A DNA stretch of 64,000 bases from the human T2T-CHM13v2.0 reference genome, Homo sapiens, in the NCBI RefSeq assembly GCF_009914755.1, contig NC_060930.1. One strand, written 5' to 3'. Within the stretch, counting starts at the first letter, position 1. The number at the start of each line of letters is the position of its first letter. Shown here one piece after another: positions 38,716 through 51,011 of the stretch. The notes beneath the pieces were generated by a model. The model made no database searches and was not told where the DNA came from. It saw only the letters and a program-made list of their open reading frames with translations. A program made the position numbers and the translations under genes.

Positions 38716-39305
38716 TTAAAACATTATTCTGGAAGAGGGTCAAAAAGGTCATCCAGGTGGTTATCCCTCTTTGGAGAACTCTGACTAATCTACAAGCTAT
38801 TATTACCTACATCAGGTCATATGCAAAATTGGAAAATAATAAAATGTTACGCACCTACTACATAGTAGCACTGAAATCTGTATTCTATATTAAGTAAAAG
38901 GCATTTAATGGTAATTAATAATAAAGTATTTTGCGATTTCTACTCTCTACCATATACAAATGAACATCATATTACCCTTCCAAAATTAGTGTAAAAAAAT
39001 CATGCTGGTGTTGGGTTATTTACATTGAAAATAGAGTATAATTTCTATTAAACATAGGAAGTAACCTACTTATGATCTTTCTCTTTATACCATTACTTCC
39101 AGGAAGCTCAATGTAAAAATGAGTGCTTAATTATGGTAACAATATTGTCCTGTGTTTTTTGCAGGTGTTCTCAAATCCCCCCTTCATCTTTACTTGAACT
39201 TTTCTATAATTATGTGCATTTCTGCTTCTGTTGTAGGCTACCTCAAATTGTTTTGGAAGTAAAGTACAGATTATAAACAAATAAATATAAGAACAGAGTT
39301 CAACC

Positions 39306-39590
39306 AGGCCAGCTGCAGTGGCTCATAATACCAGCACTTTGGGAGGCTGAGGCAGGCAGATTGCTTGAGCCCGGAAGTCTGAGACCAGCCTGAACACCAC
39401 AGCAAGACCCCATCTCTACAAAAAATGCAAAATTTAGCCAGGCATGGTAGCGTGTGCCGTAGTCCCAGCTACTCAGGAGACTGAGGTGGGAGGATCACTT
39501 GAGCTTGGGAGATGGAGGTTGCAGTGAGCTGAGATCATGCCACTGCAACTCCAGCCTGTAAAAAAACAAACAAACAAAAACACCTCAACC
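39306..39590 (+). mobile_element. AluJ
   Basis: Diverged dimeric Alu with ttgagccc/ggaggatcacttgag J-type features. Confidence 0.9.
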
Positions 39591-40126
39591 AAAGTGAAGA
39601 TAGATGGGTGCAAGCAAGACTTTTGGGGTGTTCCCAAAATTCTGCCACACGAAATGCTGTGAACTGCAGCTTGCTTCAGACTGCCCCTCTCTCGGACCCT
39701 CCCAGCAGCTCTGATGTTACGTGTCTGCGTAACCTCTAACTCCATGCCACAGAGAAAGTGGAAATATTGCTAATTAGCACTGGTTGACCCCTAAATGGAG
39801 TCACGGTGCAGGTGTGAGTACCAGGCAAAAAGAAAAAGAGGACATTATGAATTGCAGACTCAAGGCTGAGGACTCATCTTATCAGGGGGCACTGAGCTGA
39901 GCTCTCTTTCTGCATACCCGCATCTTCTTGTTTCTTCTGTTCTCCTATTACAACTCTGAAAGATATTGTCATACGATTGAGATGTTTCATGTTTTGCCAC
40001 CACTTGGACAATGGGACTGAATCTCAAAACTGGCCAATAAAAGGCTTTTGGTCAATAGCTGTGTTTTTACACTGAAGGAATTCACCAGTGGAAGCCATTA
40101 TCAGAAGAAACCCCAAGTGACTGTGA

Positions 40127-40447
<321 letters not shown>

Positions 40448-40469
40448 AAATAAGTCCTCTTTTTAAAAA

Positions 40470-40605
40470 TGTAGTATAATATTACTATATTATTATATTA
40501 TATATTACTTATATATTACAAGTGACAATATATAATATAGAAGTATGTTATATATTATATATATTTATATATTATATTTTATATATTTATATATATATAA
40601 GAATA
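40470..40605. repeat. AT-rich (TA)-type low-complexity tract
   Basis: Direct reading. Confidence 0.85.
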
Positions 40606-41390
40606 TTTCTGGAAATAGGACCCTTTAAGTGGATTTACAAAAACTAATTTCCACTGGTGAAACTGGACAATTTAAAGCCAATCTATCATGACGGTAGTTT
40701 ATAGAGAGTCAGATATGATCCAGGGAAAGTTAGCACATCACAAAACACCCTTGTCAGAGAGCAATTACTTATTTTCCCCAAAAATATTTTCAAATATCTG
40801 ATGTGAACTTGTTATCTTTGATAATGGAATGTTAGAAAATGGAGCTCACTGTATGATGAATATCAGACTAATCTTGACAGATCTAGTATCTGGTCACATG
40901 AAGTTTATGGGTTAATATAAAAGTGCAGGACTCTACATTATTCATTGGATTTTGGGCAAATATGTGTCACATACATATTATGTGTGAGACACTAAGTGCT
41001 GAATATACAGCAACCAATGAATAAGATGCATAGAATTCCTTCCCTCATAGAGTTTCCATTATATTTTCTTTTCTTGATACCATAAGCAGAGTAGGGCTTA
41101 GCTATTAGGAATGGGCCTTTTGTTCATGGAAACACCCTAGAAGGTGGCAGAAATATAGAGGAGACTGATCTTTTACCAGTCACATTTGGCCCATTGCATA
41201 TCATTTATATCATGTGAATACACAGGGTTCCAGGGTAACAAAACATAACTTATAGAAAATCTAGGAGAATGGAGAAAGCCTGTTTTTCAACCATGAGTTC
41301 CTAAGCCATAGCATGAGAAACAAAGAGCCTGGATAGATGAAATGAAGATACATAAATCCTTACCTATTTTGAGAGAAAAAGAAATCTAAA

Positions 41391-41695
41391 GGCCAGGTAT
41401 GGTGGTTTACCCCCTGTAATCCCAGCACTTTAAGAGGCCGAGACAGGTGGATTGCTTGAGCCCGGGAGTTTGAGACCAGCCTGGGCAACATGGTGAAACT
41501 CCATCTCAACTAAAAAAATAATAATAATAAGCAAAAAATTAGCTAGGTGTAGTGGTGCACATCTGTAGTCACAGCTACTCGGGAGGCTGAAGTGGGACAA
41601 TCACCCGAGCCCAGGAAGTTGAGGCAGCAGGGAGCCGTGATCATGCCACTGCACTCCAACCTGGGTAAATGGAGTGAGATCCTGTCTCAAAATAA
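41391..41695 (+). mobile_element. AluJ
   Basis: Dimeric Alu; TSD aaaa(g/t)aaatctaaa. Confidence 0.9.
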
Positions 41696-43080
41696 ATCTA
41701 AAAACTGTTTCCAATATATATAAAATGCACCTTGTAGTTAAGAAGGAACTTCAGAAAGAAGAGGGAAAAAACACTGAGGAAGAAATGAGGGGAAATAATG
41801 AAAGCAGAAGAGATGAAAAAGCAGGAAGACAATTAGAAGGAAGTGGAGGAAATAAAAAACAATCGCGAAGGAGCTCATTAGAAACGAGACTCAGTAGAAA
41901 GGTGGAAGCCACAGCTGGCAAGAGGGCCAGGCCCCACCTCCCGCAGCACACACCAGCACAGAGCTGGCTGCGGGTAAATACACAGAAAGAGCTTCCTGCT
42001 CTGAAACAGGGGACCCCATGTTAGCTGTGGGAGTCTGACAATAATAACTGACTAGGGAAGGGGAAAAGGTGACCAGCAATATTTCATAAAACTTACCTGT
42101 CTGTAGTTAGAACCATTCCTTATTCATTGAACACAACTTATTAAGTCACCTTTCCCAAATTAGGGAGTCCTTGCATTCTCAACATTCCACCAAATATAAC
42201 TATATATTGTGATTCCTAAGAAATTTAAAAGACTTCAGTGGTAATTCAATCAACACCCCTCCCCAGAAATCACTAGAATTGTCTCTTACCCTCCAAGTGT
42301 GTTTGGGTAAATAGAAGGTTGAACTTTTCCAGCCTCACATCCACCCTGGCTTTTGAGCTACCAGTGAAAACTGACTCTGAGACTAAGTCCTTGTCTTATC
42401 TTGCACATAGGTCTTTTGATAATATCTGTGGATTCTGCATCTTTTAAAAACAGGTTATTGAGAGCTACTTTATAAAATAACCTTTGCACTATGCTTGAGT
42501 CCTTTTTGTGAGAATTTACCCTAGTCTTTTATTAAAAGGTGCAGACTCAATGTCTGGCACCCACTGGTGGGATATGATCTGGACTGCAGCTGATTCTAAG
42601 TAACATTTGTCATTGTCAATATCTCATCAATAACCTTTATAAAAACCCTATTTTGTAAACTATAAAATATGCATAATATTATGCACTTGAGCAATTTTGA
42701 ATTGTTACTTTAGAACCGCAACTAGTATTCGAGATTATAGAAGAGGAAATTGTTATCATGTCACTTCCCCTTCGTAATTCTCAAAAGTTAGGTGGTGGTT
42801 CCATGAATTCAAGGAAAGAAATTCAGTCATCACAGGATATGGAAATCTCACATGCTAGATGCAATATGTTGAAGAATGCTCATTTTAAATTCAAAAAGCA
42901 GAGATACATTTGAAGGTGATGACACTCCTCAGACACATACATGGGCCTTATGATGGCATCAAACTGCTCACGGTAGCATCAGATGAAAGCACATCGCTGC
43001 TTCTTCCATCTGACCAGCCCACTGTCCTTGATGAAAAATTACCTTCGCTGCCCATCAAGTTGTTAGTGGTTAAAACTTAC

Positions 43081-43095
43081 CATTTAAATTGTAAG
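43081..43095 (-). CDS. Candidate 15-nt in-frame microexon (A)YNLN
   Basis: ccatttagattttgcag|CTTACAATTTAAATG|gtaagt; phase 1 to 1; 104-nt intron to the upstream exon. Confidence 0.42.
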
Positions 43096-43199
43096 CTGCA
43101 AAATCTAAATGGAACTGCATGTGTGATCTTTGTCACCTCATTTTCATGAATGGAAAAGAATATTCTGACACAAAAATTACATACTTAATTCTAGCTCAC

Positions 43200-43286
43200 C
43201 TTCTCTGCTGACCTCCGTCGCACACTGCCTTGGGTTTATTTCCTCATCCATCAGTGGGTCAAAGTAATTTCTGCCGTATTCATTTC
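43200..43286 (-). CDS. Coding exon, 87 nt, phase 1 to 1: (x)[28 protein letters not shown]
   Basis: tgtactttccacag|GA ... GAAG|gtgagc; open, symmetric, CpG-retaining; in frame with the downstream exons. Confidence 0.88.
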
Positions 43287-45334
43287 CTGTGGAAAGTACA
43301 TGAGGTAAGGGTCAGTGATTATTAGAAGCACATGAACCAAAATGTTAATTTTGAAATCGACACCAGCAAAGAAGGATCATTTTAGCTCTTTTATAAGCTT
43401 AATTTTTTTACAAGTCTTCCAGGCCTCCCTTTTTTGTAATTATCATCTTGCAAAAGGTCAGAAAAGGTAATTCAAGAAACAAGTTCATGCTATCTTTCTG
43501 TTGCTAAAAAGTTAATGAGAAAATTATCAAATGTAGACTTTAGAATAATAATAAAAAACTTAAGCCAAACTATTTTTAGGATATACTCATGACATGGAAA
43601 TAGTTGGATTATAATGATGTGTAGAACTCACGGATGATTATATTTACTTACTTATATTTTACTAAGTGTATCATGTTGTTGCGTCCAGAATTCCACAGGC
43701 AATTTTACTATCTTAATTATGAAAAACTACAGCAGAATGTACATGTTGCTAGTTGGGTGAAAAGAAAGAAAGAGAGAAAGAAAGGGAGAGAGGGAGGGAG
43801 AAAAGTAGGAAGGAAGGAAAAGAAAAAAGACAGGCTTGCTTATAGATCTTTCTTATGTCAACTTCAGTGACATGAAGGGAAGATACAAATGACTTAGCCA
43901 GAAATTTATCCCACACACATCAACAATCTCAACACCAGTAACCAAAATTTCTCACATCACGTCTCCCACTTACTCTGTCCTTATCTTCATGACCAAACTG
44001 TAGCATGAGGTATAACTTTGTAATAGAGGAAAAGGTCTGCTATTAATTTTCCAAATCTAGTTTCATACTTCCTGCAGACTGAAATGTATATGTCTGTGGC
44101 TAGTAATTTGCATTCAGCAAAATGAACCCTACTCTGACGATAATTCAAGTTGCCTCAAACATTGCAAAAGAAATAAAGCCTTGTAGAATGAAAACAACTT
44201 TGAAAGTATTGTTTGCAGGGAAGGGTTAATACATATCAGGTATACTGTGATATTCTTTAGTATATTTGTTTTAGGATCAAAAGTAATCCAAACAGCAGCT
44301 CCTTTTCCAAGGCTAAATGAAATTTTGATGTGAACCTAGGTTTAATTTCTGTTTCTGGGCTGACACATTTTTGTGGCAGTCTCTGTTCTATCAATGCAGT
44401 AAGTACAAAAACTGAAAATCTGCTTTACCTTGAGGTCTCAATAAGCAAAAAATAAATGAGTTTCATTTTTGTTACTTTATTTGTCAACAACTACTAGGCT
44501 GATATGAATCTTGGCGGTATGTAATCAAAGTCTTATGTACTGCAATAACACCATTCTTCCTCGTTCACTGTAATTGTTTTTTCTTTTTCTCTACCACAAA
44601 GCACTGTGATACTCTAACTATGCCCTTCCATATGCTGGTAAAATAATTCACCTATATTAGCACAAGCATGGTAGCATAGTCCTTATATTGTCAATCAACT
44701 ACTGGTACCCATAGTCTGGAAGCTTCTCCAATCCAATACAAAACTCAAATTATTTGTCTTCTATAACTGACTAGTAAATGTTAGCAAGATAATCAAAACC
44801 TTGGAGGGTGAAAAAAGTTAAGTCATATTTAACCAAAAGTCTATAGTAGTGTATTTAGTTTTTAGATTCTCAAACCATTTGCTTCCCTGTTGTCAGTGGA
44901 GAAGTTGGGGTCTTGTCCAGCTGCACATGAATCAGGTCTGTACCCTGGGAGCCTTCCAGACCACCATTTCCCTTCAGAGTTTGATGCCTCCACACACAAC
45001 TGGAAGCAGGGCCCTTTAAGGTCTATACAGATTGTTCCTTCTGCGTTTCATGTGGGTTGATGTACACGTATCAAGTTACAAATACCACTCCTGGAGGGAT
45101 TCATTTTGCGTTTCCCATTCTGGGATCCCATGTACAGCATTTTACAAGGAAAGAATTCTGAGGTCACTTGAGCAAAGAGACAGCTTTGACACTCTTAGTT
45201 CTGAAGTCCTTTAAACATTCCCAAGTTCTATACTGTAATACAACTCTATAATTTATGTTTTTTTACAATTTAAATGCATTTTATATTAATTTTACATTCT
45301 GTTAAGCATCGTTTTACAAATACAGTTTATACTC

Positions 45335-45470
45335 AACTATTGTCTGTCTTCCCCACTAAAATATAACCTCTGTGAATGCAAAGACATTCTCTCTTAGCTC
45401 ACTGCAGCACCCACAGTGCCTAGAATATTACCTGGCTTATAGTATGATCTGAATTCCTTAGTTAAATAAA
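45335..45470 (+). mobile_element. L2 3' fragment
   Basis: ttgtctgtcttccccacta...cagtgcctagaatattacctggc. Confidence 0.6.
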
Positions 45471-45629
45471 CTTCTCTTGGAAACCTATTGTAATACCCTA
45501 ATCCTTTCATTGGCTAGATGTTCTTTCTTGATTAATTAACCTTTCATCACCTTTTATTCCTATTTTTTCTCTATTCCCCCATCCCATCTCTCCTCCCCAT
45601 CATCACCACCTACCCCCACACTTTTATTT

Positions 45630-46340
45630 TTAATTGAGTGCCTTCTAGGAACTGAGCACTGTCTGAATTTAAAAAACCAACACAACAACAACAACAAGAA
45701 AACTATGACCCCTGCCTTCAGAGCAGGGGAGAGGAAAGAAGCTAAACATATACAATCCGGTATGATTTAAAGAATGGAATTCTGGTTGAGAATATTAGAG
45801 AAGCATCTACCCCATATTGGGGGTGTCAAAGAAGATTTCTTGGAGGAATGGCTACTGGAAATAAGTTTTTGGAAAGGTGATTAGGAATTAGCCAGTCAGA
45901 AATACAGGGGAAAGAAATTTTTGACATCTAGGCAAAGGAGAAAAGACTCAAGGGCATAAAGTCATGGGAAGCACAATTTGTTGGTAGATGTTCCTCAACT
46001 TTTCTTGGCCTCCTAAAGCTACAATTTAATAAAGCGAATAAGGGAACCCAAACTTCTTCACTAGCCCCTAAATCAATGTTAACTAATGCTTTTGCTGAAA
46101 TTCTTAGTGCACTGTTGAAAAGTGTCACCTTCCGATGTTGCATATTCATTCATTCACTCAACCAATACTTACTGAGTGCTTATTATGGGACTATAGCAGT
46201 AAAATGAAATACCCAAAAATCCCTCTCCTCACAGAGCTTACATTCTGTGAGTGGAAGAATAAGCACAATAAATATGTATATTTTATAGTTTATTAGATAG
46301 TGAAAAGTGATGAGAAAAAATAGTGCCAGGTAAGGATGGT
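45630..46340 (-). mobile_element. L2 fragments (45630-45990 and 46145-46340)
   Basis: attgagtgcc...gacccctgccttcagag; cattcattcactcaaccaatacttactgagtgc...acagagcttacattct. Confidence 0.55.
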
Positions 46341-47200
46341 CAGACCCCCAGGAAGGGGTGGGGGCTGCATCTCTTGCCTCTACCTTTGTTTCAAACAAGG
46401 ATGCCACTTAGGATTAAGACACTATGCTTTCAAGACAATTGAGAAAGTAAAGCTATAATGTATTTATTATTATTTTCATAAGCTATTCTTCTAATTGCTT
46501 GCATAACATAAATCAGCCTATGAATCAAATAAAAACACTCTCAAATATTAAAATGATTGTTTCTTTCTATTGCTAGTCCTTGAATTAATAAACCAATAAT
46601 TTAAACACAGCAGGTAGAATTTAGAAGAGTAAGCATATGGAACCTGTTATAAATTTAGAAACAATGGACTCCATCATAACAGTAGCTCCTTTTGCTGCCT
46701 TTCATTGGGTGGGATCAGGATGTAATAAAGTAGGATAGTCTTAAGGATATGGTGTATATTACCAGAAGGTAGATTGCTAATAGAATCAATTCCTAAAATG
46801 TCCTAATCATTCAGAGTATGCTTTTGGATATATCTAAAATCATCTCACAGGAAAATTAACAGACCCACTGAGAAATTCAAAGTAGGGCATTTAGCAATAC
46901 AAATACGATAGATTTTAATATGGCTGATATTTAACTCCTTGTAATATTCAGATGAATATATGCCAATCCCATGTGTGTGTGTATACACATATGTATGTTG
47001 AAGTATGGTTCTACATTGAAGCAATCAGATGTGATATATAAACCAATCAATCAGTAAATTGGTCTTGTCAATACTCTTGATACTCCATTTTTTGCTTCCA
47101 ACTTCCCAGTATTAGCTGTTTAATGTCTAGAATCGCATTAGTTAATTCATTTCTCGTGCTATCTTTTATTGAACTAGGAGAGGAAAACACACGCACTTGC

Positions 47201-47230
47201 CTTCTGCCCTTCCACATGTATCAGGTTTTC
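47201..47230 (-). CDS. Candidate 30-nt in-frame exon with GC donor: (x)KPDTCGRAE
   Basis: gatag|GAAAACC...GCAGAAG|gcaagt; phase 1 to 1; acceptor is weak. Confidence 0.33.
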
Positions 47231-48100
47231 CTATCATTTAACTCAGAGCAGCACAGAACATAATCAGGGCTTTTACTTAAATTACACTGTACATGAACTT
47301 TGGTCAGGAAATCCTCTAGTGTGCACCCATGCAGTTCCTTGGGGGCTGTAAGAGTGAGAATGAAATTGCCCACCAGAGGAAGGTTAGTAACAATCATCGA
47401 AGTGCCTTGACTCAACGAAGCAATCACTTCCTTTCAAATCAGCTACATTAGCTAGAGAGGAAGAAAAACCTAATGCATTTGTGTGTTTCTCAGGAGTTTT
47501 TTTTTTTTTTTGGTCCCATTCTTGTTCTTTTCCTGTAAATCCACCTGCTTCAGCTCAGCTTTTCCTCACCGATAACTGTGTTTTCTGTAATATACTATAA
47601 ACTAAATAACTAAACAATTTGTATTTTATGATTACAACCATGCACCAAAATTTTACCACAGAGGACATTCTCCTGAATAGTATTCTTTTTAAAGCCGTGA
47701 AGCCTGGAAGAATAAAATTAAGTTTGATTCCTATGAACTTTATAAATAATTTTGGGAAAACGTCATATTTTTCCCACTTTGAAAATCCAATACAAGTATC
47801 TCTAGCTTAAAGGTCCATAGGGCCAGAAAGTCTACATAAATATAAAAACATAAGTAGAAATCAGGGGACTACACTAGAATATAGAAGAATAGGGACAATG
47901 TCAAATCTAAACACACTGCACCATACTAAATTCCAAATACTATTTTTATAAAGTTGATTTACAAATATTTTGTAAATAAAAGGCAACTAAAAATACAAGA
48001 ATATTTCTTAATGATAAAAAATAGTTATCCTAAACTAAGTCCTCATTGTACTAAATATCAAAACAAAGCAATGACAACAAAAAACAACCAAAAAAATAGC

Positions 48101-48500
48101 TTTTTGTTTTGTTTTGTTTTAAGTTCCCGGATACATGTCCAGAACATGCAGGTTTGTTACATAGATATGTGAGTGTCATTTGGTTTCCTGCACTTATCAA
48201 TCACCTAGGTTTTAAGCCCCGCATGCATTAGCTATTTTTCCTGATGTTCTCCCTCCCCTCACCCCGCCCTCGACGGGCCCTGGTGTGTGATGTTCCCCTC
48301 CCTCTGTCCATATGTTCTCATTGTTAAACTCCCACTTATGAGTGAGAACATGCAGTGTTTGGTTATCTGTTTCTGCGTTAGTTTGCTGAAAATGATGGCT
48401 TCCAGTTTCATCCTTGTCCCTGCAAAGGACATGATCTCATTCCTTTTTGTGGCTGCACAGCATTCCATGATGTACATGTACATTTTCTTTATCCAGTCTC
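48101..48500 (-). mobile_element. Short 5'-truncated L1PA (about L1PA8-like) 3' end
   Basis: (TTTTG)n tail; ctaggttttaagccccgcatgcattag 3'UTR. Confidence 0.92.
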
Positions 48501-49171
48501 AAAAAAATTAGTACAATGAAGACTTAGTTTAAGATAACTAACTCTTAAATATCAAAATAACAACCAAAAAACAACCAAAAAAAACAGTTATCTTAAACTG
48601 TCTTCACTGTACTAAATATCAAACACAACAACACAAAACAACCAAACAAATAAAAAACCAGTCACAAAAATGCAAACTGTGACTTGGATATCCATCATGA
48701 ATCTGATTATCTAACATTCTCCTAGAAATCTTGGCCAAAGCACAACTGGGTAAAAATAAGGAAAATATGTGCCAAAGTTATTGAAAAAATTGTATGTTGC
48801 ATACACATTATTTGACGGCAATATGATTTCATGCCATGAAAACAAGAGATTTGACTTAAAATCTTTCGGAACAGAGGAGATGTCATTCAAATAAGAATAA
48901 CATCTTGGTAAACAGCCATATAATCATAAAGAATCATTAACTTTTCTAAATACCAACCATAGCCACTTTGAAGATATAATGATAACAAATCAAAACCTTT
49001 TATAAAGCTCCAGATAACACTCAATAATTAATTAATTAATATTAGACTTTCATAGGCATCTATAGGTGGTCATCAAGATTATTAATCTTACTCAGAATCC
49101 CAAACTGAAAGGCATACAAGTAACAACATAATTAAAAACAGAAAGTCAGAGATAGAAGAAAAATTTATACC

Positions 49172-49499
49172 ATTTTTCTTTTTTTAATTTTTCTTTCTTT
49201 TTAATTTTTGAGACAGAGTCGCATTCTGTCACCCAGGTTTGAATGCATTGCCACCATCATAGCTCACTGCAGCCTTGAGCCTCAAACTCCTGGGCTTAAG
49301 CAATCCCCTCGCCTCAGCCACCTAAGTAGCTGGGACCACAGTCATGCACCAACATGCCCAGCTAACTTTTTTATTCTTTGTAGAGGGAGAAATCTTGCCA
49401 TGTTGCCCAGGCTTGTCTCAAACTCCTGGACTCAAGTGATCCTCTCACCTCAGCCTCCCAAGGTGCTGGGATTACAGACATGCGCCACTGTGTCTGGCC
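49172..49499 (-). mobile_element. AluJ
   Basis: Diverged minus-strand Alu. Confidence 0.9.
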
Positions 49500-50722
49500 G
49501 TCTTCTTCTTCTTTATAGAAAGGCTAATATGTGAAAATTGGTCAGCTGCTAACAGAATATTCAAGAACTGGTACCATGTTGGACAAATTAGCTTTCTCAA
49601 CTGCTTGTTCTTCCTTCCTTCCCAAATCTTGTGGGTATTTGATATATCGGTGATTTGAAAATCTAAATTGGATAACAGTTGAAGTTTGCTAACAAGTTCT
49701 AATTAATTGAGCCATATTCTTTCTTCCCTTAAGGCCCTCCCTCACAGTAAATTATGAGGCACTTTGACTTGCAAACCACTGGAGTGCTGTGGAGTGGCTA
49801 ACCGCTGCCAGGCTTTATCCCACAGTACCCCAAGGCATTCATGCATCGTGTGCTCACTGGACCTAGAATCCTCAAGGAGCTGAAGCGTGTCCCTAACTTC
49901 TAAACAGGAAGATGCTTCCAGTACATAAGTAATTGCGGTAATTCAAAGGTTAAGTATAAGTACATTGTTTTTTCTCATATTTAAAAGTTCCCCAAAAGTC
50001 AAATCAAAGTGGGGTTTCTTTCCTGCTAGTTTGAAGCTTGACAACATTACCTTACATGTAAATAAGTTAATGTGTAGAGTTTGGAAAGTTGCCTTTCAAA
50101 TTATGAAGTACCTGATCTTAGACATCAATCACCCCTCCAATCTTTCCAATTTTGCCTTCATTCATTTAACAATTCATGTCCTTCATGGATCTAAGATTAC
50201 TTGTATGTATGTATTGTATTTAAGGGCTCATTCCGGTAATAGTGTCTTTCATCACACTGAAACATACTTCAATATGAAACAATCAATATAATGGATTATT
50301 GGGTTTAGTTTAAACAAAATAATCTTTTTTCTAAAAAATCTTGTAACTTATAGACAAAATCTATCTCGTGAAGCAAAGGATTCAGGACTTCCCATTTTTT
50401 TTCTTTTTATATTGGGTTTTTGGTCAATTATTCTGATAAAAGCTAAGGAAAGCTCATTTTCTTGTTAATTTTTTTTAACTTAATTTTTTAAAGCAACTTG
50501 CTGAAGGTCCAAGAAAGCTTATTTCCTATTAAATTGTTTTTGACAGCAAACACAAGTGTCCAAAAGAAATTCTAAATGAAATTATTTGGAGATTAAAGAC
50601 TAATCTAAATTATGCTAAAAGCATAAAATACTAAGCATAGAAAACATATGCCGAAAGCATAAAACACTAAGATCATGATAAATTTTTCTAGTAAAATTTT
50701 TCTTATACTAAAATTGCAACTA

Positions 50723-51011
<289 letters not shown>

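Noticed and set aside
41674-42024. 116-aa Glu/Lys-rich ORF and adjacent CpG-containing patch as a gene or promoter
   Set aside because: Starts in an Alu and runs through purine-rich low complexity; too few CpGs for an island. An enhancer cannot be shown from sequence alone.
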